Shown here: positions 1 to 6,992 of the stretch, piece after piece
Numbering within the stretch: the first letter of the stretch is position 1
How the letters are laid out: each line of letters begins with the position of its first letter
Virus record (IMG/VR): IMGVR_UViG_3300043579_000246
Coordinates: 1 to 48,418 of that record
DNA length: 48,418 nucleotides
Source of the DNA: a virus
Taxonomy: Duplodnaviria > Caudoviricetes
Reading direction: 5' to 3' (one strand)
Notes under the pieces: generated by a model
What the model was told of the DNA's origin: nothing
Seen by the model: only the letters and a program-made list of their open reading frames with translations
The model's database searches: none
Program-made: the position numbers and the translations under genes

Positions 1-522
1 CACGACTGGGAGGACTACAACCCGTCGGCCGACGAAACCAAGCGGAAAAAGAAACAGGACCGCGATCGGAAGCGCCAGGCCCGCGGTGCGGCGGACACGT
101 CCACGAAAAGTCCGCGCGGACAACGCGTGGACGCTCTACGCGCGGAATCCGATCGGACGAATCACGCCCGCGACCTTGCGGACTCCGACTGGAATCCCGA
201 GCGCTCGCGCGCGCGCGATCCCGTCCCGTCCCGTCCCGTAGAAGAGCCAGAAGAGCCGCGCGGCAGCCGCCGCGCCCAGCCCGCTCGCATGACGCTGAGC
301 CTCGACGAAGTGCGGACCCACCTCCAGGCCGCCGTGCACGCCCTCATCGAGACGGGCGCGCCGTTCGTCGACGCGCTTGGCCAGCCGGACGACGGCGCGT
401 TACTGCTCGAGCTGAAGGACATCGCCGGCAGAGACCTGGGCGCGGAGTGGACGCACTCGGCCGAGCTGGGCCGGATCGTCGACGGCGTCATCGGCGAGCG
501 CGCCCGCCGGAGGACCGCATGA
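1..522 (+). CDS. Phage replication initiator-like protein, C-terminal part (5' truncated)
   Basis: Frame 1 is open from base 1: HDWEDYNPSADETKRKKKQDRDRKR...RARDPVPSRP; the HDW.DY.P motif, basic helix and PVPSRP linker resemble phage replisome-organiser proteins. Confidence 0.55.
   Translation, partial: HDWEDYNPSADETKRKKKQDRDRKRQARGAADTSTKSPRGQRVDALRAESDRTNHARDLADSDWNPERSRARDPVPSRPVEEPEEPRGSRRAQPARMTLSLDEVRTHLQAAVHALIETGAPFVDALGQPDDGALLLELKDIAGRDLGAEWTHSAELGRIVDGVIGERARRRTA
91..198. repeat. Nested palindromes / iteron-like repeats (candidate origin within the rep gene)
   Basis: CGTCCACG-N4-GTCCGCGCGGAC-N4-CGTGGACG (98-133), plus CGGAATCCG, CGGACTCCG and GGAATCC. Confidence 0.35.
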
Positions 523-869
523 CCTGGACGGTCTCAGTCCTCGACATGAGCTGCGGGCATTGCCTGCGGCCGATTCCCGCCGGCGAGCCCGTCGCGCTCA
601 TCGGCGTGCCGCAGCGCGCGCGGTGCCAAGCGTGTGCGGCCGGCCACGGGTTCTACCCCGACCTGCAGGAGCTCGACCTCGAACGCGTCCGGCTGGACCT
701 TGACGCCAAGCGTCGTGACGAGGCGCGCGCGCTGGCGGCGGCCACGCAGCGTCCGCTGTCGCGGCGCGTCACGCTGCCGCGGCCACCGGTGCCGTTCTCG
801 CGCCTCGGTGAGTTCATCGGCGCCAAGTTCGATCCCAAAGCCGCGGCGGCTGGCGAGGATCAGCAATGA
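519..869 (+). CDS. Hypothetical zinc-finger protein
   Basis: ATGA overlap with upstream stop; CGHC...CQAC motifs. Confidence 0.65.
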   Translation: MTWTVSVLDMSCGHCLRPIPAGEPVALIGVPQRARCQACAAGHGFYPDLQELDLERVRLDLDAKRRDEARALAAATQRPLSRRVTLPRPPVPFSRLGEFIGAKFDPKAAAAGEDQQ

Positions 870-1153
870 ACGTCGTGCTCTGCCCGCATGGTCGCCCGAC
901 GCGCGCCGGCACGCGCTCGCGGTGTGTCCTCTGCCGGCATGCCGCCCGCGCGGCTCGTGATGCGCGCCAATACGACCGCCTGAAAGCCCAACGCGCGGCG
1001 ATTCGGTCGGCCGCCGAGGCAGAGGAAACCGATCGCATCGAGCGCCACCTCGCCGCCCTGGACGGGCATCGTCGCAGTCGCCGATGGGTGTCGCCGATGC
1101 TCAGACACGCGACGAATCCTTTGGTCGCCGGCGGCGACCGGGAGACCCGCTGA
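866..1153 (+). CDS. Hypothetical protein (Cys/His N-terminus, Arg-rich helix)
   Basis: ATGA overlap; CPHG...CVLC. Confidence 0.6.
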   Translation: MNVVLCPHGRPTRAGTRSRCVLCRHAARAARDARQYDRLKAQRAAIRSAAEAEETDRIERHLAALDGHRRSRRWVSPMLRHATNPLVAGGDRETR

Positions 1154-1353
1154 TGCCGCGGCGCCGCAAGCCATCCGTGCCGTGGCTGATCGTGGGACCG
1201 GATCCGTTCTTCGCCACGTGCGAGCGGTGCGGCAAGAGAGAGCCGAAGCCTGAACTGCCGATCCCGCTCGATGCCGCGGTGCTGTTCATGCGGTATCTGG
1301 TCGCGAAGCACCGCAACTGCCAGCCAGGTGCCGGCGATCGGAAGGGACGCTGA
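1153..1353 (+). CDS. Small hypothetical zinc-binding protein
   Basis: TGATG overlaps at both ends; CERC...HRNC. Confidence 0.6.
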   Translation: MPRRRKPSVPWLIVGPDPFFATCERCGKREPKPELPIPLDAAVLFMRYLVAKHRNCQPGAGDRKGR

Positions 1354-1637
1354 TGCCGCGCCATGCCGGTGTGCGTAGCGTCGCCATCCGGCGCGCCTTC
1401 GCGCTGCTGCGTGTTCTCGGTGATGGCCGGCCGCACAAACTGCGCGCGGTGGCGCGCCAGCTGCAGATCTCCACGCGCACGGTTCGGCGCGAAATCTTGG
1501 CGCTGATTGAGTCCGGAATCCCGATCGAGTCGCGCCGTGTTGATGGCGGGAATGACCGGGACGTCACCGCCTATTACATCCGCGATCGGAAGCAAGCCGA
1601 GGCCGCTGTTTGGGGCACGTCCGCCCCCGTTTCGTGA
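1353..1637 (+). CDS. HTH (HTH_11-like) DNA-binding protein
   Basis: LRAVARQLQISTRTVRREILALIESGIPI helix-turn-helix pattern. Confidence 0.75.
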   Translation: MPRHAGVRSVAIRRAFALLRVLGDGRPHKLRAVARQLQISTRTVRREILALIESGIPIESRRVDGGNDRDVTAYYIRDRKQAEAAVWGTSAPVS

Positions 1638-1661
1638 TCGTTTTCGTATCAGGAGCACCCC

Positions 1662-3131
1662 ATGGAGACCGCCGTGAAGACGCCCGTCGCCGACAACTTC
1701 CACCTGCTGCCGATCGCCCAAGTCGGTCCGGGCCCGTGGAACCCGCGCAAGCACAAAGATCCAGCCCGCCAGGCTGAGCTCGAGGCCAGCGTCCGCCTCC
1801 ACGGCGTCATCCAGCCTATCGTCGTGCGGCCGTCTGGCGCGGCCAAGGGTGCGGCCTATCTCATCGTCGCCGGCGATCGGCGGTTCGCCGCGGCCGTGAC
1901 GGTCGGGCTCCCATCCATCCCCGCCATGGTGCGCGACACGTTGAGCGACGCGCAGTGCCAGGAGATTGCCTGCCTGGAAAACCTGAACCGACACGACCTC
2001 CACCCGCTTGACGAGGCCGAGGCGTTCGCGCGATTGCGAAAGGTCGATCGCGCCTACACCGACGACGCGTTGGCCGCGAAGTTCGGGAAGCCGGTCGCCT
2101 ACGTGCGGCGCCGGCTGTCGCTGTTGTCCTTGCCTGAGGTCATCAAGGACGCGTTCCTCGCCGATGTCATCACCGCTGGCCATGCCGAGAAGCTCGCCAA
2201 GCTCGCCGATCCGTTGAAGCTCGAGGCCTTCGCGCGGTGTTTCTTTGACATCGCGGATAGCGACGTCCTGAAGGTCGCAAAGAGTGGCCACTGGGACGAT
2301 CTCCGCAACTGGGTGGCCTCGCCGGCAAGCCTCCAGTCGTGGATCGACGAACACACGCGTCTGGATATCCACGATCCGGAACAGCAGGATCGACTGCCAG
2401 GCCTCGCCGAGGTGGCCGCGGCGGCCAAGTCTCCGAACGATCAGCCGGCGGTCGTTGAGATCTCGCGCGACTGGTCGCTGTCGCCGAAGGAGAGGAAGGC
2501 GCTGCCGGGCGTGCTCGAGCGCTCGAGCTACACCGAGATTCCCGGGAGCAGCTACAACAAGAATCCTGATTGCCCGTCAGCGGAGCGCGCCCTCGTGGTG
2601 CACGGCGGCCGGCCACAGTTCCAGCGCATCTGTCGCGATAAGGAGTGCCCCGTTCATCACCCGAAGCCGAAGGCGATCGAACGCGAATCCTCGTCGCGTG
2701 GCAAGTCGCCGGCGCCGCGCAAGCTGTCGACCTATGAGCTACAGGAACAGAAGCGCCAGAAGCAGCAGGCCGCCTTCGCGCGAGTGAAGGGCGCCGCGTT
2801 CCGCGCGATGGCGCCGACGTTGCTGAAGGCCTCCGTCAGTGCCGCCTTTGTGCGTGACATGGTGGGCGGCTTCCAGATCCCCGAGATCTCGAAGAAGTTC
2901 GGCATCGCCCTGTCCGACAAAACGGCCGTCGCGGTGCTGATCGCGAGTCACCTACTCAGCGAAGGCTGGCAGCGCACGCGTGTCGTCAGGATCGCCAAGC
3001 TCGTCGGATTCAACTTCGAAAAGTTCGAACGCGACGAGGCGAAGAAGAGCAAGGCGTCGAAGCTCGCCAAGGCTAAGAAACCCGCGAAGGCCGTATCCGC
3101 GAAGAAGGCGAAGAAGGGCAAGGCCGCGTGA
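1662..3131 (+). CDS. parB: ParB/Spo0J-family protein with Lys-rich tail
   Basis: NPRK, GVIQPIVVR, IVAGDRRF (GxxRxxA), ENLNRHDL and a following HTH; AGGAG RBS. Confidence 0.9.
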   Translation: METAVKTPVADNFHLLPIAQVGPGPWNPRKHKDPARQAELEASVRLHGVIQPIVVRPSGAAKGAAYLIVAGDRRFAAAVTVGLPSIPAMVRDTLSDAQCQEIACLENLNRHDLHPLDEAEAFARLRKVDRAYTDDALAAKFGKPVAYVRRRLSLLSLPEVIKDAFLADVITAGHAEKLAKLADPLKLEAFARCFFDIADSDVLKVAKSGHWDDLRNWVASPASLQSWIDEHTRLDIHDPEQQDRLPGLAEVAAAAKSPNDQPAVVEISRDWSLSPKERKALPGVLERSSYTEIPGSSYNKNPDCPSAERALVVHGGRPQFQRICRDKECPVHHPKPKAIERESSSRGKSPAPRKLSTYELQEQKRQKQQAAFARVKGAAFRAMAPTLLKASVSAAFVRDMVGGFQIPEISKKFGIALSDKTAVAVLIASHLLSEGWQRTRVVRIAKLVGFNFEKFERDEAKKSKASKLAKAKKPAKAVSAKKAKKGKAA

Positions 3132-3349
3132 TGCCTCGCCCCGCACGCGTCGGCAAGGTCGGCATCTTCTACCACTCGCTCGAGCCAAAGCCGGGCTCAC
3201 AGGCGATCGCGCTGCCGGATGGCGGCACGTGCTACGTCCGCGTGGAGGTTGTGCACAGCACGCTGCTCGGCGGCCTCGACGCCGCCAATCCGTTCCCGGG
3301 CGAGAACGTCATGAATGCCCATCCGCTCGAGCAGGACTGGCCGGAATGA
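3128..3349 (+). CDS. Hypothetical protein
   Basis: Overlapping start/stop coupling on both sides. Confidence 0.55.
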   Translation: MMPRPARVGKVGIFYHSLEPKPGSQAIALPDGGTCYVRVEVVHSTLLGGLDAANPFPGENVMNAHPLEQDWPE

Positions 3350-4236
3350 CGTCGCGCGCCTTCATCGCCTGGGAAGGCCCGTCGCCCGTGACCGGTGAGC
3401 CGATCGTGCTCATCGTCACGGGCCCGTCCATGAACGCGAAGACCGGCCCGATGTATCAGGCCTGGCTGCTCGTGCGGAACCAGACGCCGTTCGACGCGTT
3501 GAAGTCCGGCTCGGACCGCGCCATCTGTGGGGACTGCGTGCACCGCGCGGGCCCGCGGCGCACGTGCTACGTGTCGATGTTCAACGGGCCGATTCACATC
3601 TGGCGCAAGTTCCTCGAGGGGTTCTATCCGCGCCTGACGCCGGAGCAGTCCGCCGAGGCGATGCGCGGCCAGTCGCTGCGCCTCACCGCCTACGGCGACC
3701 CGGCCTTCGTGCCGTTCGAGATCTGGCAGGCGCTGCTGTCGCAGGCCTCCGGCTGGGCCGGCTACACGCACCAGTGGCGCACGTGCGACCCGCGCTTGCG
3801 CGCGCTCTGTATGGCGTCGGTCGAGACGCTCGAGGAGCTGCAGCTCGCCCAAGCTGCCGGCTGGCGCACCTTCCGCGCGCGGCCGTTCACCGCGCCGCTC
3901 GTCGCCGGCGAGTTCCAGTGTCCCGCCAGCGACGAGGGTGGCCACCGATCGACCTGCGCCCGCTGTCAGCTCTGCCGCGGCACGTCGAGCCCGGCGAAGT
4001 CCGTCTCGATCCTGCTGCACGGGAAGAGTGCCGCGCCGCGCACCGGCGTCCGCAGTCGGTATGACCAGCTCCGCGACGACTTGGCCACCGCGGGCGTCAG
4101 TGAGCTCGTGCTCGGGCCCGGTGATCGTGAGCGCGCCAGGCTCGCCCTGAATCAGTATTACCGCCGGCGTCAGCTGCCGGTCGCGTTCACCACGAAGCAT
4201 CTCGGCGCCGGCCGCTATCGGTTCGAACGCGTATGA
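3346..4236 (+). CDS. Cys-rich phage protein, radical-SAM-like / Fe-S candidate
   Basis: NAKTG, ICGDCVHR...CYV, RLTAYGDP, GYTHQW, CMASVE, CPAS...CARCQLC motifs; ATGA-coupled start at 3346. Confidence 0.6.
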   Translation: MTSRAFIAWEGPSPVTGEPIVLIVTGPSMNAKTGPMYQAWLLVRNQTPFDALKSGSDRAICGDCVHRAGPRRTCYVSMFNGPIHIWRKFLEGFYPRLTPEQSAEAMRGQSLRLTAYGDPAFVPFEIWQALLSQASGWAGYTHQWRTCDPRLRALCMASVETLEELQLAQAAGWRTFRARPFTAPLVAGEFQCPASDEGGHRSTCARCQLCRGTSSPAKSVSILLHGKSAAPRTGVRSRYDQLRDDLATAGVSELVLGPGDRERARLALNQYYRRRQLPVAFTTKHLGAGRYRFERV

Positions 4237-4841
4237 AGCGCTCGATCGCGACCATCCTGCGCTCAGTCGGGCTGCGTACCCAGCCGCGGTCACACATCCG
4301 CATTCCTGCGCGACCCGCGGCCGACCCGTCGACGTGTACGCATCTGTTCGAGAGGATCAGCGGCATCGGTCGCGCCTGCCGGTATTGCCTCACGCCAGCG
4401 CCAGGTTCGCGCGCGCAGGGCAAAGGGACGTCGATGCCACGGCTCTGCGCATCCGAGAAGGACGTTCAGAAGGCCTGCATCGACCTGTATGTGCTCGCCG
4501 GCTGCCGGTACAGCGCGAAGCACGACACCGACATCTACGTACTCGGGACGCGTCGGCCGCGGAACCTGCCCGGGATCGCCCATCGGACATTCCAAACGCC
4601 AGGCATTGGCGATATCTGGGCCTTTCTCCCGATCGTGCCGAGGTTTGCGAAGCCTGGCGTCATCGCCCCGAAGGCCGTCTGGCACGAGGTCAAGGCTGAG
4701 GACGGATCGCCGTCACCCGCACAGCGCCGGTTTCAGAAGCAGTGTCTCGATCGTGGGATCGCCCACTTGATGGGCGGCGTCGACGAACTTCGATCCTTCC
4801 TCAACATGCACGGATTCCTGCAGGAGCGCGCCCATGCGTAG
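4233..4841 (+). CDS. VRR-NUC-like PD-(D/E)XK endonuclease (possible resolvase)
   Basis: SEKDVQKAC...PGIGD...WHEVKAEDGSPSPAQRRF pattern. Confidence 0.75.
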   Translation: MKRSIATILRSVGLRTQPRSHIRIPARPAADPSTCTHLFERISGIGRACRYCLTPAPGSRAQGKGTSMPRLCASEKDVQKACIDLYVLAGCRYSAKHDTDIYVLGTRRPRNLPGIAHRTFQTPGIGDIWAFLPIVPRFAKPGVIAPKAVWHEVKAEDGSPSPAQRRFQKQCLDRGIAHLMGGVDELRSFLNMHGFLQERAHA

Positions 4842-4850
4842 AACGAAGCA

Positions 4851-4894
4851 GACCGACCGACCGACTGACCGACCGACCGACCGACCGACCGACC
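4851..4894 (+). repeat. Tetranucleotide simple sequence repeat (GACC)3 GACT (GACC)7
   Basis: 11 units read directly from the sequence. Confidence 0.95.
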
Positions 4895-4906
4895 GGGCAT
4901 TCAGCC

Positions 4907-5449
4907 ATGACGCCGGCGGAACTCGTCGAGGCGATCGAGGCTGAAGTGGCAACCCGTCACCGCACTATCGACGCGCTTCAGTCGGCCGCGACCGCGCTCC
5001 GTACGGCGCTCGGGCTTCCGCCTGGCACGCAGATCGCCGTGACGGTGTGTCCACCGATCGAAGATGTGGACCCGCTTGGACGTCCTCTGACGCGTTCGGC
5101 GCCGCTGGGGCGGTTACGCCGGCGTCCCCGCAAAGTGCGCAAGACACGCGCGTCGGTGCGCCGTGGCAATGCGAAGGCCGCTAAGGCGCTGCGGACGAAG
5201 TCTGGCCGCCAAAAGGTGGCGCCGGCTGGCTCACTGACGGATCGCATCCTGTCGACCTTGGCGGCCTTCCAGGCGCCGATGAAGAAGTCGGCGGTCGTCG
5301 AGGCGGCGAAGGCCCGCGAAGCCGATGTCACCGCGGAGTTGAAGCGTCTGCGCACAGACGGTCAGATCGTCTCCGTTGGGAAAGGCCGCGGCACCCGTTG
5401 GTCGCTGCCGAAGTTCGCGCACGTGCTCGTGGCGGAGGATGCGGTCTGA
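4907..5449 (+). CDS. Basic DNA-binding protein (coiled-coil N-terminus, winged-helix C-terminus); start may be 4834 in other repeat alleles
   Basis: SLTDRILSTL...KKSAVVEAA...VTAELKRLRTDGQIVSVGKGRGTRWSL winged-HTH pattern. Confidence 0.65.
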   Translation: MTPAELVEAIEAEVATRHRTIDALQSAATALRTALGLPPGTQIAVTVCPPIEDVDPLGRPLTRSAPLGRLRRRPRKVRKTRASVRRGNAKAAKALRTKSGRQKVAPAGSLTDRILSTLAAFQAPMKKSAVVEAAKAREADVTAELKRLRTDGQIVSVGKGRGTRWSLPKFAHVLVAEDAV

Positions 5450-5751
5450 ACCATGGCGAACCAGGCCGGGCAGCGACAAGGCAAGTCAAAGCGGGTCTAC
5501 GTGGTGGTGGCCAGTGGAACGGAGTTTTCGTCTCCAGTGGTGTGGGGCGTCTATTCAACACGGCGTGCGGCAGACTTCGGTCGTCAAATCGCCAACACTG
5601 GACTTCAGAGAACGCCCGGAACAATAGGCGCGTTTCGCGTGCACCCGTGTGTCCTGGATTCGCAGGTGTCTCGATGACACCAGAGCGCGCCGGCGCCCGC
5701 TGGTCGCTGCCGAAGTTTGCGAATGTGCTGGTGGCTGAGGACGCGGCCTGA
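5390..5751 (+). repeat. Diverged 60-bp direct repeat (5390-5449 and 5692-5751) of a gene 3' end
   Basis: 51/60 nt identical; copies encode GTRWSLPKFAHVLVAEDAV* and GARWSLPKFANVLVAEDAA*. Confidence 0.9.
5453..5677 (+). CDS. Small hypothetical protein
   Basis: VYVVV...VWGVYST pattern; lies between the two repeat copies. Confidence 0.55.
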   Translation: MANQAGQRQGKSKRVYVVVASGTEFSSPVVWGVYSTRRAADFGRQIANTGLQRTPGTIGAFRVHPCVLDSQVSR

Positions 5752-5777
5752 TGGCCGTTGTGAGAAGGGGAAGGACG

Positions 5778-6164
5778 ATGAAGGCTCTAACGGTTTGTCA
5801 GCCATACGCAGAGAAGATTCGGAACGGCGAGAAGGTGATTGAAAACCGCACCTGGCCGACGACCGTGCGCGGCCGGATTGCCATTCACGCCGGCAAGTCT
5901 CGTTCATGGCTCGAAGACGGCGATGAGGCTGAATATCCGGACATGGCATTCGGCGCGATTGTCGCGACGGCCGAGCTCTATGACTGCAAGAAGTGGGAGG
6001 AATTGACGTTCGAGCAGCAGCAGCGCGAGGACGCTGGTGGGCCGTTCTGTTTCATGTTGCGCGACGTGCAGCCGTTGGCAACTCCGATTCCCATCAACGG
6101 TGCTCAGGGCTTCTGGAACTTTGATGAGTCGCTACTACCAGCAGGAGGTGATCATGTCGGCTGA
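5778..6164 (+). CDS. ASCH-domain protein
   Basis: MKALTVCQPYA...GEKVIENRTW...RGRIAIHAGK...GAQGFW signature. Confidence 0.92.
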   Translation: MKALTVCQPYAEKIRNGEKVIENRTWPTTVRGRIAIHAGKSRSWLEDGDEAEYPDMAFGAIVATAELYDCKKWEELTFEQQQREDAGGPFCFMLRDVQPLATPIPINGAQGFWNFDESLLPAGGDHVG

Positions 6165-6690
6165 TCCGCAGACCCCACGCACGCCGCCGCTTGATAAGTA
6201 TTTCGAGCAAATCTGGTTCGAGATGTATCACCCGCTCGATATGGCTGTGAAAGCGGCGTTCATGCAGAAGTTTCCAGGCGGCATAGATCCGATTCTCGCG
6301 GCGCTGCGGCCTGACCCCCTGACGCCCCCGGCCGCCCCGCCCGCGCCGCCAACGGTCACGCCTGAAGATGGGGCACTCATCGAAGAAGCCTCGCGCGTCT
6401 GTGACCACGCGACCGATTGCGATTACATTGCGCCCTACATCGAGGCCGACGCTCGGCGCTGCACCTGTGGCGTGCATGAGTTTATCGGCCACCTGATGAA
6501 GCGATTTGCGGTTGCCCCGGTTGCGCCAGCCCCGCACGCGGGGGTGATCCAGCGGCTCCGCGATCGATTGGCGTTGAATATTCTCCTGCCGACGCACGGA
6601 CAACTGGCCGAGGACGAAGCATTGCTGCGCGAAGCCGCTGCGGCCCTTGAGACGTGGCCCTCCGCGCCGCCTGAACGGAGACAGCCATGA
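6154..6690 (+). CDS. Hypothetical protein
   Basis: Strong AGGAGGT RBS before ATG 6154; H..DC...CTCG motif. Confidence 0.6.
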   Translation: MSADPQTPRTPPLDKYFEQIWFEMYHPLDMAVKAAFMQKFPGGIDPILAALRPDPLTPPAAPPAPPTVTPEDGALIEEASRVCDHATDCDYIAPYIEADARRCTCGVHEFIGHLMKRFAVAPVAPAPHAGVIQRLRDRLALNILLPTHGQLAEDEALLREAAAALETWPSAPPERRQP

Positions 6691-6857
6691 AGCTGTTCGG
6701 ACAGCTTGTTCGCACCGTCGTGAACGTCGCCATTCTTCCTGTTGATGTTGTGAAGGATGTCGTGTCCGCTCCGATCGATGTGGGAGAAGGGCGACCTGTC
6801 GGCGAGCGAACGAAGGATCGGATCCAGAAGTTGAAGGACGAGGCGCTCGAACAATGA
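6687..6857 (+). CDS. Small hypothetical protein (56 aa, amphipathic)
   Basis: MKLFGQLVRTVVNVAILPVDVVKDVV...; ATGA overlap; below the ORF-track size cutoff. Confidence 0.6.
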   Translation: MKLFGQLVRTVVNVAILPVDVVKDVVSAPIDVGEGRPVGERTKDRIQKLKDEALEQ

Positions 6858-6858
6858 C

Positions 6859-6910
6859 GGGGACCCTGCGATCGTGCGGCGGAAGCGGGTGAGCGGCGCC
6901 GCAGGCTTTG
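6859..6910 (+). other. Candidate lambda-type cos site (cosQ-like plus cosN-like)
   Basis: GGGACCC about 28-29 nt before GCG|GGTGAGCGGCGC|CGCAGGCTTT; resembles lambda GGGTCCT...TTACG|GGGCGGCGACCT|CGCGGGTTTT; the terminase is GpA-type. Confidence 0.45.
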
Positions 6911-6992
6911 CGTGGGTCGCAGAGGTGGCCATAGGGGCAGCAACAAGTCAGGGGGCAGCGTCGGTCGACGGCTCGGGCACCGGGGGACGTGA

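Noticed and set aside
2980-3345. N-terminal extension of the 418-aa ORF, and similar over-extended starts (4742, 9138, 16443, 17255, 39803)
   Set aside because: They overlap upstream genes; coupled or RBS-supported downstream starts fit better
5390-5751. Diversity-generating retroelement TR/VR pair
   Set aside because: Mismatches are not adenine-specific (mostly third-position changes) and the window has no reverse transcriptase
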